This document shows positions 35,664 through 50,300 of a DNA stretch of 63,811 nt, piece by piece; within the stretch, counting starts at the first letter, position 1; each line of letters begins with the position of its first letter. The notes under the pieces were generated by a model, which was given only the letters and a program-made list of their open reading frames with translations, ran no database searches and had not been told where the DNA came from. The stretch comes from Tricharina praecox (taxonomy: Eukaryota). Position numbers and translations under genes: made by a program. The stretch is from assembly GCF_024521635.1 (NCBI RefSeq), contig NW_026250419.1, positions 806,001 to 869,811 of the forward strand, read 5' to 3'.

Positions 35664-36482
35664 GTGCCAAAAGCTATGGCATTACAGACGTTTGCCGTTA
35701 AAGTAATTGAGGTATTAGGGCACGAGCATCTCGGGCGGCATGTCTTCTCTCTACCGCAACCGTACCACCCGTGAAACTTACATCGAGGTGTGGTGAAAGG
35801 CTTGATGGAGCAGCAGAAAAAGGTTATTACACACTTCCAGCATGGTGGATTGCGAGCTGTATCCACCTGGTGAATGATCGCCATGTTGATTTGATGGAAC
35901 AGGTTGTTCTTTGAGCTGGCAGGAAATGGTACTGCCATCGCATACTTGAAGGATTTTATACCCGATACGATTCTTACACCCCGTAAAACATGCAGTATGT
36001 AGAATCGACAAGGTCGCTTCTACATCGGCGATCAAAGAATATCACTAGACTCCGTGCTGGATATCGAAATTTCCCTGCGTCTTGGTCTTGCAGTTGCAAG
36101 TATTGACACCTCCAGATTACACGCCTCGAGGAATTCTAGCATCGGCTGAGGTCAATGTTTTGATGAAAGCCCCGTAAAGATCTAGAGATCTCTGTCGTTT
36201 TGTCATCTCGAAAGCAGTGTTCTACATAGTCCAGTCCAGTTAGGCCCAGTCAGTCCGGGCCCGGACCCATAGACGAGACGTACTATTTTTGCAGCGCAAG
36301 CGGCGGAGAGGGTTGAGCAGGGAGGGTTGAGCGGAGAGCAATAGGGAACCCGTATCGAGCTCGCGGCCATCGGTCGGCGCCAGAGACCCAGTGGAAACGG
36401 GTATGTAATCTGCCATGATCCAACAAGGTTGAATGCAATGATGATTAAACTATAAAGGAGCCGGCATCACAAGGCGTGCCAT

Positions 36483-36758
36483 GTCACGTGATGACTGCTA
36501 CCGAGTGAGATTCTGTGCTTCACACATGATGCCAAAAACAAAAACCATCACCACCCCCGGCGGGTGGCTTGGAAACCCAAAGAGCTGAATACATAAGGCA
36601 TTCACCCGGCTTTGAACCGGAGACTTTCCCTCAGCTCCCCTCGTCGATTGCGTGGTCCTAGACTACTAGACCACGCAGGGGTTTTTTCCGTGATGGAAAT
36701 AGCAAATTGGAAAATATGAAGTGGTGGGTGCCCTCCCGCGATGAACAATAACAACAAC
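36483..36758 (-). mobile_element. Dispersed ~280-bp repeat containing a tRNA-derived (SINE-like/Pol III) unit, copy 1
   Basis: High-identity reverse-complement match to 54806-55089. On the minus strand it carries A-box-like TGGTCTAGTAG, T-arm/B-box CCGGTTCAAAGCCGG and a (TTTTTG)n tail. Abuts a C46 run at 36776-36821. Confidence 0.7.
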
Positions 36759-36774
36759 TCTGCTTTCCCGATAC

Positions 36775-36821
<47 letters not shown>

Positions 36822-36823
<2 letters not shown>

Positions 36824-37170
36824 ACGCACGGCGCGGATGGTGTCGCTACAAGACCTAGACTCGGAAGCACCTCTTCAATTGCTGCCCGGAATTGAAGAGC
36901 CAGCAGAAGATTCTGTGGGCAGAGGTTCGGGAGCAGACGGGGGGAGGCGAGGATCGCTTTATGATCCGTGACCTCTTAGCAGACGAGCAGTGCAGCCAGG
37001 CCATCTTAGGCTTTCTCGCGGCCACCACTAATGTGGAAGGGCGGATCCCGGAGGTGCTAGGGAAGAGGCGGCAAGTGAGGTGTCCGAGTGGGAGTTCAGG
37101 GAGCGGGAAGAGAGATGGGCGGAGAGAGACGAGAGGAGGAGGCGGGCACTGAGGTCAATGAGCTAGGGTC
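36822..37170 (+). pseudogene. 3' fragment of a non-LTR retrotransposon (Tad1-like LINE) ORF2, zinc-knuckle/C-terminus
   Basis: GWCRYKT*TRKHLFNCCPELKSQQKILWAEVR...IRDLLADEQCSQAILGFLAAT, then frameshifted SEVSEWEFRERE. In-frame TAG at 36856-36858 sits where Q (CAG) is expected. Confidence 0.8.
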
Positions 37171-39269
37171 ACTCCTGCTTATGATCCTTTTGCGCTGCTA
37201 CTACTGCGCTCCTGTAACTGTATGGCAGTATGAACGGAGGGCGCCAAAATACATATCTGACCATATTTATGCCATCACCACCATTTCCTAAAATAACAGA
37301 TGGTAATACCACGATGTTTTCCCGCTTGACATCGTCGCGGGTACCAGTGCCTCGATGTTAAGACATAACCAACCGTCAGCACGAGTCACTTCGGATGATT
37401 CTTTTCCCCATAATAGGTGGTCGTCTCGCGTCCCCCCAATTTTATCCACCAAAACTAATATTCATAACTACCTTCAGTGATCACTCCGCGGAACGGAAGA
37501 ACCCGCACAGTGGAATTTACTAGAGAGATACCCCCTGCGGTCGACTCGAGAATCGCCACAGTAAGGAGGCTGCGGGAGCGGTGCGATGGCAGATCATCAT
37601 CCTCCCACTTCGATGATACTCTTGGAGGCGTTCAACGAAGACTCAAATTCGGCGTCTATCGAGCTGTAGATTAACGCGGTCCGTCACGGTCGACTTACCT
37701 ACCCAGCATTGCATTGCATTCTTACTCAAGTATGTAATTACTAGCATGTGCCATGATTAGAGTATATGCATATATCCAATCAAGGGAGTATGTACTATGC
37801 ATAGGATTTATGCTACCGACATGTAGTACCGGTATCCGGATTCCACGCATGATCGGCCGTTTCACATGGTGCCACTGGGTGAATACGTGTTTTGGCCGCG
37901 TTGGTGATGTAAAAAACAGTGCAGTGCATCGTTGAAGTAGAAATTACTTCCAGTATTTGTTTCCAAGTATGCCACCTTGTTGAATGTTCGGCACCATCAT
38001 ACCGGTGCTCGTGATAGGCGTCGCTATCCAGATACTTTATGCCTGCCGCGAGTATCGATACGGTAAATAATAGCCTGCCCCCCGCCTTCCCTTCCCTTTG
38101 ATTAAGAAAGTATACAGTTGATACGAAACGAGTATCTATCCAGCGCGAAACCAAGATCCCCCACACCTAACTATACAGTACCTACCGTACTTACTTGGTC
38201 AGGTCATACGAGATCAGTGAAGAAACAAACAAGACGAAGAAGAGTAAACAGGTGCTCACTTGCTTGAATAGCCTTCGTTCTGGGCCGGGCACAACTTTCT
38301 TCATGGCCATCTAATCTCCAATTTTCTAGGTAGGTGATGTTGGTACCTACAGCCTACACTAGGTAGAGTAGAGTAGACATCCGCGTCCACCATCCATCCG
38401 AAGAGCTTCACATGCCCCGCCATGTCCGCCGGCCGCTCCTGCTGAATCTGCAGCTCCATTCTGCATCATGACGACTGTGGCTTTTCCTCAACTCTACGCC
38501 GTAGCATACCAAATTCACATGCTTCCTCGTCCACTCCACCAACAATCAAAATTATAGGTGACACCTGCATAATTATATCCTCATGTTTCATGTCACCGCT
38601 CCACTTCACCCCTGCACTGACCCAGCCTATCGGTAGCCTAAAAGATACTCATACAATAAGGAATAAAAGAAATCCCACGCTCAAAACTCAGTAGAAAAAG
38701 AAAAAAACACCTGCAAGGCAATCAAGAAAACAAGTACAAAAAACGCCTTTGGCGCCCCGTCCCCGGACCAAAATTCAGAAGCCAGCCTGCTCAACGAACC
38801 ACGCAAGTCCAAACGAGAAAAAAAAAATGGAAAAAACCCGTCCCTGTCCCCAAACAAAGTAAGAAAAGAACGCTGCTCTAAGCTAAGCGAGGGGAAGAAA
38901 GAAAGAACACCCGAAAGAAATTATTACAAAGTGTAATATCGTAAAGCAAAGTAAAATAAACCCCGAAACCGCACCGAAGCCCAGACGTAAAAGAGAAACC
39001 CCCGAAAAGCTGAAATGGAAACGAAGGGTGGATAACGATGACAGAAACACCAAAAAGATTGAAAACAAGATGCAAATGCTAGATCACCCCATCTACCAGC
39101 CTTCCGTCCGTCCGATGCGATGCCGATGCCGATGCCGATGCCGATGAGCGCCCCGTGCCGAAAAAAGGAACAATTGGAAAGAAAAAAAAAGAAACTGGAA
39201 AACTCGTGATACAACCCGTAGAAGGATCAAAACGAAGGGACGGAGTTCCCGCAAATCAACCGCAGGGTA

Positions 39270-42200
39270 TTAGCCCGAATCCTCGACCCCACAGATCCAT
39301 CTGCCAACGCCTTCTGTGAGACAGTTGCCGCCCCATCGGGCTCCAGGATCGCCATTGACCACTTCACCGACGACACGTTGAAGTGCGCCCAAGATGGCAT
39401 CCTTGCATTTGCCACCTTCACATTCGTCAATCACTCGCTCTACTGCACTCGCGAGCGTGTCATCGACATCGACCAGGATCTCCTCATCAATGATTTCCTC
39501 CTCCTTTTCCTCGAGGCCGACAGCGAGATATCCATTGAACTGTCCCTGCAGCGGGGTCACCATGCTCTGCGACGCCTTCTTTGTCCGCCGCCGAAGGCGC
39601 ATCCGCTTGATCTGCAGCCGCTTTGTGTCTGCGATCAAGACCTCGGAGACGGTGGTCCACTTATCGCCACCGGGGGTGGACGAAGAACCGGTTTCCGACC
39701 AGGGAGTGAGGCCCGTGGAAGCAGGAGTTGGCTCGCTACGCATAGCGCGTTGGATGTCTGCTTCGATCTCAGCATACGGCTTGACCGCCTGGAGGACAAA
39801 GTCCGGATGGAAGCGCTCGTCCTCGATCCAGCCAGCCACATTATAGCTTTGGTCATCGTCGGGGTGAACGGTGGGAGGTGGTGGAGGGACGAAAGGACGT
39901 CCCATACCAAGACTCGAGTGCAAATGCGGCATCGCCCACGACGATGGAGGTGACGACAGCGGCGAGGTGAAGTTGACGATGGAGAGGTCTAGGGGAACAT
40001 TGATAGCACCGTCCACATCATCTACCGAGAGTTGCTCCATCGCTGGCAGTGATCCAGTGAGGAACGGCGAGAATGGTTGTGGCGGTCCTTGGGATGACTC
40101 ATCGTCAAGGATGTAATTCATATCCAATGGTTCCTCATCGTCATGTCCCTTCGACGACGACGACAATGTGACGCGACGCTGCTGCTGCTGCGCAACATGC
40201 TCCTCGGGCTGTAAGGACGCCTCACTCGTGGCTGTAGATGAGCGTGACTTCGGATTGCTCCAGAAACTGAGAAAGCTACCCCAGCCGGTCGAATCCATGG
40301 AGGTGTTTGTGGTTCCGGACCTCTTGAGCGTCGACATGAGATTGATGCTGGCGGCGCTTCCACTGCTGCCAGGCCGTATGATCCCACGGGCACCTGCAGG
40401 AGCGCTGGCCACACACGTCGCCGAACTTGGTAAGGTGACGAGTGTTGTTCCGGTGCTCTCTCGTTGGTTGCGCAAGGAGGTAGGAACCGGTGGCAAAGGC
40501 AACACCGACGAAGATGAGAGACTACTGCTGCCGGTGGGTATGGTCCAGCCAGCCAAACCGGCTCCATCGACGCCATCGTCCGGTTCGCTCTCGCTGGACA
40601 CCGCCATGTTGAGTTTGCTGGGCTTCTTCCTGGCCTTTCGTCTCAGCGATCCGCAATTACTCACGGGCGCGCTAATGCTTCCGGTTGCAAGGAAGCTCGG
40701 CGGCGATTGAGAGAGATGGTGAACTGAGGAAGCTCTGGATGGGGAAGGTAAAGATTCTAAGGTCTGGTGCGCCTTGGCTGGTAGGAATGCCGAGAGGAGG
40801 TATATTAACCTCCTAGCGGAAATCCGATCCGAAGTCATTATGATGGTCCTCCTGGGAATCGCACTATCCTCCGGATTACTCCGCGCTTCAAGTTGCTGCT
40901 TGTGACGCCGTTTGTAAGCGTCGGGTCCCAGCACATCGAGCCATTCCGTATGGTGACCGAGGAAGGATGTAAGCAGGGTGAGGAAGAAACTGTGACACAA
41001 CAGCAAGTCAAGTCAGCAAACTGATCCCCCCTTCCCAGTAACAAATGCGATGCGCAGCAACAAGGTGCAGAAAACAACATGGATAAAAACGCGAGTCAAA
41101 CGAGAAAAAGGAGCAGAGGTCAACTGACAAATTCATATCCCTGCCGCCAAAGCGATGATTCGCCCATTTGGCTTCCTCCTGCCAGAGGTCCCATCGGCCC
41201 TGTCCCACCACTACGCGAGGCATGCTGATTCCAGTCACAACGCGCCACCGCATGCGTTCCACCTCGGATCGCACAACGTCGTCACGCATCAGCGCCATCC
41301 TGCGCAGTTCCGGTCTGTTGCTCAGGTACTTGCCACCATGAACACCGGAACCCGGTTGCGGCGACATCAAGCGCGCCGAGGTGAGGTTTTCGAGAATCCG
41401 TGCCTGAGCGATCCGTTGAAGATCCGACAGCGCCCGACTGATGACGTCCCAATGCTTGGTGATGAGATCCATCCTACCGTCGCTAGCCGCTGCTGCGGCA
41501 TGCAGATCATCCAGCCCACAACCCGATCTGAGTCCTCCGGCTGGCAGGGATTGGTGGTGATAATGCTGGTACTCATCGTCGAAGAAGCTCGGTGGCGTAG
41601 GACAGCAGTATTCGTGGCGGTGAGGGGGAAACTCGGAATCGTACGACAGTAATGGCTTGTGCTGGCAACATCGCATCGGAAACGAGCCGGAAGGGGAAGC
41701 GGAAGCAGGGGGCAGGTATATGATCAATCCAATAGCGAACATGGATGACTTCAAAGGCTTGATCAGCTTCGGCGCAGTGGAAGCGGTGCTACCGTTGCTA
41801 CTCGTCTGACCACCAGTCTTTGGGAAGGGGAACCCGTTTGTGGAACCGACTGAGCTCGCTGGGGTTGACAGCAGATGCTCCCCGGATCCCGATTGGGGTA
41901 TGGTGCGTGCGCCGCCGCCGACGCCTCCATCGACGATCGTCGGTGTGGAACAGGGGGGTACGGCCACCGAGAATAGTCGAGTGATCAGCACAGCTTTGCG
42001 CTTCTCCTTCTCCTTCCCCTGCTGCTGCTGTGGCTGCTGTGGTTGATATGTCGCTTTGTGACGATCGTCGCGCACCGATCCACTCCTCGAAGGAAACAAC
42101 GTGCTGGTGACCGAAGCCCTGCGTTCCTCAATGGCAGGCAAAATGTGTACCTTTGTCGACGGTCCTTTGTACGACAATGGAGCCACACCAAACATGCAGT

Positions 42201-42774
42201 CCGTAACGACCCTCAACTCATCATCCGGGCCACCAGGGACACAGCCACCACCTCCTCCCAACGCTGACGCATGCTGCCCGCCGGCCGAGTACTGATTCCG
42301 TCGACGGGACCATCCCAAGGGGCCAGGCGCATTGCCACCGCCAGGAGCACCAAGCGTCGGTGATGTTGGACCTTCCTCAAGCGGCGGGCCGGTCGAACCC
42401 TGGAGATGTGGTGGTTGTTGTGGCGGTGGTTGTGATTGCGGTGGAAGCGCGCTACTAGGCTTAGAGTCGTAGACTACGAGCTTAATGTGCTCGGAAGCGA
42501 CAGCGTCTTGTGCGATTATGACGCGCACATCCCGAGAAGCTTCGAGGTCAACGTTGTCGGCGGCGCCATAACTGCTCACGCTGCTCTGCGACTGCGCGAG
42601 GCTGAACGACGAGTGGAAGGAGGAAGCGACCGAGGAGGTGGAGGAGGAATCGGGGTATAGTAGGTTTCGTGTGTAGAGCTCGTCGCTCTCGAGTGCGTGG
42701 GAGGTTGACGGGCGCGTTCCGCTGGGGGATGTGTTCGCGGTGGATGTAGCGGTGCTGAAGAGACGGCCGAGCAT
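39270..42774 (-). CDS. lst4: Folliculin-interacting protein / Lst4 homolog (FNIP_N longin domain), 1121 aa
   Basis: Exons 42774-41129 and 40989-39270 total 3366 nt with a 139-nt GTCAGT..CAG intron. Motifs DVRVIIAQD, DCMFGVAPLSYKGPSTKVHILP, VLITRLFSV, NFFFLTLLTSFLGHHTEWL, RTIIMTSDRISARRLIYLLSAFLP and FHPDFVLQAVKPY. Confidence 0.85.
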
Positions 42775-43655
42775 GTTTGCGCGCGACTGTCAAATATCGA
42801 ATAGGTTTTGAGTAGTACGGAACTGACGGCGCGAATTTGAGGCAAGGTAAAAGGCGCGATATTGTGGGGGAGGGGGTTTAATTACGCCGTAACTGGGCGA
42901 AAGCCATGGTCGCAAACGGGTTCAGAAGTGTGATGAAGGGGGGGCAACGAGAATAGGCTCGGGTTAAGTATTGTGGGTTGTGGACAGTGAGCTGTGATTG
43001 TGGGATGTGTGGGATGTGTGGGATGTGTGGGATGTGTGGGTTGTATGGGTTGTGTTGGTGATGATAGCTAAGCTACGGATGGGCTATTCTATGGAAGGGG
43101 GAGGGGTGGGTGTATGAGGGAGTGAGTGAGCACAGCTGTGGACGGGGTGGATTTCGCCGTGGGAAGGGAGGTGTTGGGGGAGGGTTCAACGGCTTAGGTG
43201 GAGGGAGCGGTGGGTATAGTAGTATGTAGGATGAAGGGACGAAGGGAGAGCTGTTGGAAGCTGGGGGGGGTGGGATAAGCTCGGGCTCAGGGAAGGCAGT
43301 TGAGCAGGATGGGCGAAGCGAGAAGCGAGCAGGTGAGAGAGTGAGAATGTCCGAGAGGACAGGAACTCAAATAATCGAGCTTCGAAGGGGGTGTGAGAGT
43401 CCGGTTTAGCGTGTCGCGTGCGTTGCTTGCGTCTCACACACTCGAGAGTCGAGAAGGTGTCGGTGTTTCACAACGATCCAGCTTGCGTATGCGACGTTGT
43501 AGACGGAGGTATATATGGCTGTATCGTCGAGTGAGTGGCCGGCGACAAGGAGAGAGGGGAGAGAGAGAGATTAACCCTGTGCTGAGGATGAGAGCAGAGC
43601 GATGGCCGAGAGGAGATGAGGGCTTAGAAGTCGCGAGGAGGGGAGAGTGGCTGCT

Positions 43656-43839
43656 GTTGTGGTTGTTTTTGAGGTTGTGGTTGTTTTTGAGGTTGTGGTT
43701 GTTTTTGAGGTTGTGGTTGTTTTTGAGGTTGTGGTTGTTTTTGAGGTTGTGGTTGTTTTTGAGGTTGTGGTTGTTTTTGAGGTTGTGGTTGTGGTTGTTT
43801 TTGAGGTTGTGGTTGTGGTTGTTTTTGAGGTTGTGGTTG
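43656..43839. repeat. Minisatellite (GTTGTGGTTGTTTTTGAG)n, about 9 units of 18 or 24 bp
   Basis: Tandem array visible directly in the sequence. Confidence 0.95.
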
Positions 43840-45439
43840 CGGTGGCGGTGCTGTCGGCGATGGTTGTGATGAGAATGCTGACGATGACGATGATGATGAA
43901 GATACTGTTATACGGGAGGAGAGACGAGACGGTAGTGACCGGCGATGCAGACGGAGCTGCTCTTGCTGCTGCCGCTGCTGCTGCTGCTGCTGTGCGCTGC
44001 CGCCACAAAAACAACAACCACCACCACGGTAACTAGCCTTTCAAGTATCTATGCGTCCGCGAATCCACGAGTAACTATTCTACCACTCGCCTCTCGTCTC
44101 CGTCTTCGTGGGGTGGACGTGTCTCCGGAAACGGACAGACAGAGGAATCCGGGGGGGGGGGGAGGGGGGGATGTCGATGATGTCGGACGATGCGTTGTGT
44201 GGATCGTGGCTGTCCAACCAGGCGGATGAAGCAGGCTGCGTGTGACGACTCCGAGGGGACCAACCAAATGGATCTCGAGCGACGATGGTAGCGGAGAGGG
44301 CGGCCGGGAGATGGAGAGATAGGTGAGTAAGTGGATGTGCCGACTCGGAATAATGGTGGTTCGCTATAGGCTTCTCTCTCTCTGGTGGGGGTTCTGGCTC
44401 GTGGGGTGTCGGTCCGCGTTCACCCTCCGGACTCGACAACCGAAATCGATTAGTAGTGGCTGGAGTGGGAGTGTTCGATCGAACACGGGAGGCCGTGTGA
44501 ATGCCCAGGCTCGTTGGACTTGTTGGCTTGTCGCTGGCTCGTCCTGTCCTGCGCGTTCTCTATTTCCTCCTCCTTCGAGTCCGTCTCGCTGCTGTCTGCT
44601 GTCGCTCGCTCGTCGGTCCGTCCGAATTGGCTCCAATCGCAGGCGGTCTGAGGGTGTCGATGTGAGCGATCCGGTGTCGGTGTGAGCGATTCGATGGCGA
44701 TACCGTAATGGCGACTATCACGATCGGTGCTGTTGCAATGTCGTAGTATGTATTTTTGGCTTTCGCGGGGAGAGAGAAGAAACAACCCTCCTTCACCGTC
44801 TTCGTCTTCTTCTTCGTCTTGTCGCCCACGATGCCCCGGGGCACCCGGGGTACAAGTACTCTACTCCACCAAGCTACGCTCCTCTCCGCGCCATCAAGAG
44901 TAACCACCATGCCGACATCCTCGACACCACCACCCGCGCCAGCACTAAACGAATCCGCACCGCACCGCTGCTGCAACTGCAACTGCACCTACGCCTACAC
45001 GAGACTAGACCAAAGCACCCCAAGGCCTCTAGAGCAGAGGAGACTCTAACCACTAGCGGAGAGAGAGAGACGGTGATCCATGGGGTGCCGATTCGACAGA
45101 AAGAGGGAAGAGGGACAGCCAAGAAGAACGATGGATGGCAAAAAAGAACGACGACGACGTCGCAAGATGCAAGATGCAGAAAAAGAAGACGCTGAAGAAA
45201 AAGCAGGCGGGCGAGCAGGCGGGCTACCTGTGCTAGGCAGTTACGAGTAACCAAGTAACCACTAGCACTCTAGCTTCGTGCTGGTCAGTGAATAGTTCCA
45301 CAGTCCACTGCACTCTGAACTCTGGCGGCCACTCACGATCCGCGGACCATTCCTCACTCGGAACCAGGATGACAGGAGCGACTTGTTCTGTTTGGGCGAT
45401 GCGCATGTGTGGAGGGGGAGGAGGAGGAGACGAGGAGAC

Positions 45440-45668
45440 CACGGCCACGACCAAGGCCACGGCCACGACCACGACGATAATCACGACGACCACGACCACG
45501 ACGATAATCACGACGACCACGACGACCACGACCACGACGACCACGACGATAATCACGACGACCACGACGACCACGACCACGACGACCACGACGATAATCA
45601 CGACGACCACGACGACCACGACCACGACGATAATCACGACGACCACGACGACCACGACGACCACGACG
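45440..45668. repeat. Compound microsatellite (ACGACC / ACGATAATC)n
   Basis: Visible directly, with higher-order repetition of GATAATCACGACGACCAC. Confidence 0.95.
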
Positions 45669-46156
45669 AGGAGGGAGACTCTCTGCGCAGGCAGCCAACA
45701 ACGCTGCCCCTCGAACACTCGCTACTCTACTCTACCTCCTAGTCAGTACTCCACTGCCTCACCTCCGCGGAGTACATACGACAATCGTGACTGCTGCAGC
45801 CGACTCTGCAGCGGTATGTATGACTTCACTCCGATCCCACCCCATCCAGGCCGGTCAGGTAGCCAGAGTAGGTACATGTCAGAAGCGCCCGCCGAAAGAT
45901 ATCCCCGGTTCAATATCTAGATAATCCCACCAGCTGCTCCCCCGGAAACGCTGCTCCCCCGGAAACGCCGCACCCCGGGACAAAGCCCACTTCGGATTGT
46001 AGAAATGGACGGAGAGATGAAGAAGGTGTAGAGTATGTGTACCTGAAACCTCTGACGGAAATGGAAATAGAAACAAATGGCATCTATCCACCATCTCCTT
46101 CCCTCCTTCTCTCCTTCCTTCCGTCTCTCCTTCCCTCTCCCACTCTTCCCTTATTC

Positions 46157-46260
46157 TTTCCCTTTCCCTCCCTTCATGCCTTCCTCTTTCCCTTTCCCTC
46201 CCTTCATGCCTTCCTCCCTCCCTTTCCCTCCCTTCATGCCTTCCTCCCTCCCTTCCTCCC
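46157..46260. repeat. 28-bp polypyrimidine minisatellite (TTCCCTTTCCCTCCCTTCATGCCTTCCT-like), 3 copies
   Basis: CCCTTCATGCCTTCCTC recurs at 28-bp spacing. Confidence 0.85.
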
Positions 46261-47289
46261 TCTTCTTCCCCAGACGAACCGAGAGACTTCATCCACTACT
46301 ATATCTACCGTCACGCGGGAAATAGAGTAGATAGAGTACATACTCTAGATAGAGCACCTACCATGATACCATCTGCATCTAACCGTATCGCCGGCGGAAC
46401 ATCATGTCCGATCATGCACCGCGCTGCACTCCTCCCATCCCCCCCGGTCTGCGCATGTTTGCCTACCCACATACCAGCCAGCCAGCGTCGCCCCGGGCCC
46501 ACAGTCGACATTCCGGCACAGATTGTCCCCCGGGGGGCCCGGGGGGGGGGGGGGGGGGGAACTTGGAGGCAGAACTGCTGCGAAAGGTGAATAGTGAATC
46601 CAGAGTGCTCATTGCTCAGTGCTCAGCGACCAGAGAACCCCTCCTCGTCATTTGCACCACCATCACCACCACCACCGTCGAATCCACATGTAGGTATTGA
46701 TCGTAAGATAGTTGTGTACCACCACCACCACCACCACCACTACCACATGTAAAGTGCAGATCGTAAGATAGGCAGTTACCGGTACCGGTACACTGCGTCC
46801 ACCAAAGAAGCTATGCACAAACGATTGTCTCCTAAACGACACCCACAACCCCGTCGAAACTGCACCGTCAGACGCCTCTTTGAAGGAAGCCGCAAAACAT
46901 GTCTCCACTGTCGTCCAGTCTTGATCCCAACCCACCATCGACTCGCTACGCATGTATGTACATTGAGCAGATAACCATAGTACATATCATACTTGCCTAA
47001 CCCTCCAGGGTGCAGTCCACCCACACCCACCGTCTCCCGAGCCGTCGCCCAGAGATGGCAGACAGAAACAAAAAAGCCCCCGGCGTTTCCGCCGGACGGA
47101 ATATCCCGTGCCCATCCCGTGCCCATCCCTCCCATCCCATCAAGCCAGCCAACCAGCCAGCTCGCAACTCGCAACTCCGTGTGTGAGAGGAGAAACAAGG
47201 ACTTCGAGTCTTGAGAGTCGAGCTGACAGTCATCCGAGAGGCGAATATCAACAATGCGATGGGTAGCTGGGTATCTCCCCGTCCCGTCA

Positions 47290-47390
47290 CTTCCCTTCCC
47301 TTCCCTTCCCTTCCCTCCCCTTCCCTTCCCTCCCCTTCCCTTCCCTCCCCTTCCCTTCCCTTCCCTTCCCTTCCCTTCCCTTCCCTTCCC
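47290..47390. repeat. (TTCCC)n microsatellite
   Basis: Visible directly in the sequence. Confidence 0.95.
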
Positions 47391-50300
47391 TTTGCCATCT
47401 GTCCGTCCGTCTGTCTGAAGCTGCCCTTCCCGCCCCTCTCCCCGCCGCCCCCGCGCCCACCACACTTCTCGAACCGGCTGTTGTCGCGAAAAGAAGGGAT
47501 TCCTACGTATGATGAAGACGAAGAGAGCGACACGCATGCTCCACGCCGGGATGGCGTCCACATTGCAACTAGAGCATGGAGGAAGTCGGAGTTACATAAC
47601 CCACTGCCCGGTGCCCACTGCCCGGTGCCCACTAGTTAGCTGCTGCCCACATCCACCCACGTCCATCCATCCAGCACGGACGATGGAAGGATGCAACGCG
47701 ACGACACGCAGGAAGCCGCGGCCGCTGTTACCGCAGTGGAAAATACTCGACCAGAATCGGAATGAAAACACATTTCCCCACACTTGTAGACCCTAGCCCG
47801 TTGCAGCTAGTAACTCCACAGTAATTCGACCGATCGATCAAAAATATGGGGGTTTCTTTTACGGTATTTACACTACATACCAGCTCCCACGAAACGTTTC
47901 CTGGCGGTTTTGACTTTAAACTTTTTTCGCTTTCGTTCTTTCTTTTTCTTTCTTTTCTTTTCTTTTCCACGGGAGCGCCGTGGTGAAGGGGTTGGAGTCT
48001 TGGAGAGACAGAAGAAACCGAAGCGAAAGCTTGCCTTGCCTTAACTTGCTTGCTGCTTCGCTGGGCGCTGGACTCCTGGACTCCTGGCCTCTGGCCTCTG
48101 GGCTCTCCAGAGCCCAGAGGCATAGTTACATCCCGATCTGAGTTCATGTGCGAGATCTCAGATCCCATCCCCCAAAACTCCCCCATCCCTCCCTCTTTCC
48201 CTTAAACTTTGCCTTTTTTCCTTTTGGTATTTTTGTTTTGCGGGGATCTGGATGCAAACGAATGTCTATGCTACGAAGAAGGGGGGAGAAGAGGGGCGTG
48301 AGGGGGGAAAAAACGACCGAAAGGACGGAAAACATGTCACGGCTCACCTCCACCTCCACCTCCGTCCGTCTCGACTCTCTCGACGACGCACGCTCGCTCG
48401 CGAACCCGCAGCGAACCCGAGCTGGGTGCCTACATACCTCATACATCACATCATGCGGTGCGGGGCGGGGCGGGGCGAGATCACGGTCGTGGGAAAAAAA
48501 GAAGGATGGAAGCAGAACAACGCAAAGCAGAGCAAAGCAAAGCAGAGCAAAGCAAAGCAATCGGTATCGATCGCGCACGGTCGGTCGGTCACCCCCCCTC
48601 CCCCGCGGAGGTCGGTTAGATGCGGAGGGGGGAAACAAAGTTTCGTTTGCATTTCTCCCCGCCCCAAAATTCCCCCGCGTGGTACGGTACATACGGTAGG
48701 TAGGCAGAAGAAGGAACATCTCGGCACTCCGGGCAGGCAGGTAGATACCTACGGTACCCAGTCTACAGCCTACAGGTCTCACGAGGTCTGGTGGAGATGC
48801 GGGATCTGGCGATTGTTTCGGGTTTTATTTGTGGGCAGATGTTTTTGTTTTGTTTTCTTTTTCTTTTTGGGTTTGGGGGGTTCTTTAGTGACTATGTACT
48901 AGTAGATACCAGTAGTGCTGAATGGCAGTCAGTGGAAGTGGTGGTTTTCCGACAAGGTATGACACCTAGTATGATGGCAAGCAAGCAGCGAGCGCGGAAA
49001 AACATTGCTGCGGGCTGCCCGGACTGCCCGATGTCATCTGGCCCCTGGGAGACCTCTGTAGATATAAAGTATAGGCCGAGATTCTCCCGAGAAGTCAGGG
49101 AACGACGGATAGAACGGACTACCTCAGAGTCTAGAGTACTCTAGCCACTCTACTCCAGCAAGGGCACGGAAGGGTTGATCTGACAGCTCGTTGATTTGAT
49201 ATCCAGTTAACGCTGGCTGCTTGTGGATGGCACGGCTCGAAATACCGACACCCAGGCAACCCCAGGTCCCCGCGTACCGTATGTACACGGCCGAGGCTGC
49301 TCTATGTATGCTCTATCTCCGTACCGAACAGCTCGCGAGCTCGCGAGCAAGCACAGCAGATACAGGCAACCCCCAGCACGGGCAGCGAGCATTCAACACG
49401 TGTTTCCCTCGTTCATTCCCAAGAACCGGGATACCCTACTCCCCGGTAGAATTTGCGCCTTAGGTAGATAGGAGGTAGGAGCTCTGCTATGATAGCATAG
49501 CATAGCATAGCCCCGAAAGGACCATAACTCCCTCGAGCTCGACCGGTCCATCCCATGGGGCTGGCCATTGTACCAGTACTTACCCAGAGTACCTATGCAC
49601 ATCTACGGCCCTCCGAACGGAACACATCTCCATCCGCCATCCCCATCTCTTATCGAGTCCGCGAGGTTTCCCGACGCGAGTTGCAGGCAGGTATCCCCAT
49701 CCACATCCCATCCACATCCCATACCCATCCAATCCACATCCCCAGGCCCCGTCCGCCTCTGCTGTTTGCATCATATGTAGCTGCTGCCTGTCTGATTCCA
49801 TTCCACCCGCCCGCCTTATCTCCACCCTGGCTGGCCCATAGGTAATAGGTATGTACGCGCATAATAGGTGGGTCAGCACAGGTGCACCGACGGAGCAAAA
49901 CACCGCAGCACCCCGTCTCCGTCTCTGGTGTCTCCGTCTCTGGTGTCGAAACCTCGAAGGCGAGCGGCGCCTTGACTTACGGATCGTGGAACACCGTCTG
50001 CCCGGGCGAGACGAGACGAGGCGGGGCGGAGCACAGTGTTCGTGACTAGAACGTAGTACTATGTTACGATGGTTCGCCTGGTAGTTGACACACCGAGCGA
50101 GAGCGTGACCGTGCGCGTGCGTCATATCGTACCCCACACAGTGACACGACTGGTTCGCATAGGGGAGCGCCGGAGAAATGGACGGAGAGATGGAACCCAG
50201 GGCCGCGCCTCCGTTGCCTAAGGGTGGGTCTGTGCTGTGCTGTTGTTCCCGTTTTGTGACGGTGAGATGGTCATGGATGATATGAATAACGGTGGTGGTG

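Noticed and set aside
43571..44036. Thr-rich mucin-like ORF (TTSKTTT) and the antisense Val-rich ORFs
   Set aside because: They have non-ATG starts, and the hydrophobic and Thr segments come from triplet microsatellites.
45383..45742. His/Asp-repeat ORF (DHDDHD...) as a metal-binding protein
   Set aside because: It starts at TTG with no ATG. Several frames are open only because of the (ACGACC)n microsatellite, and there are no gene signals.
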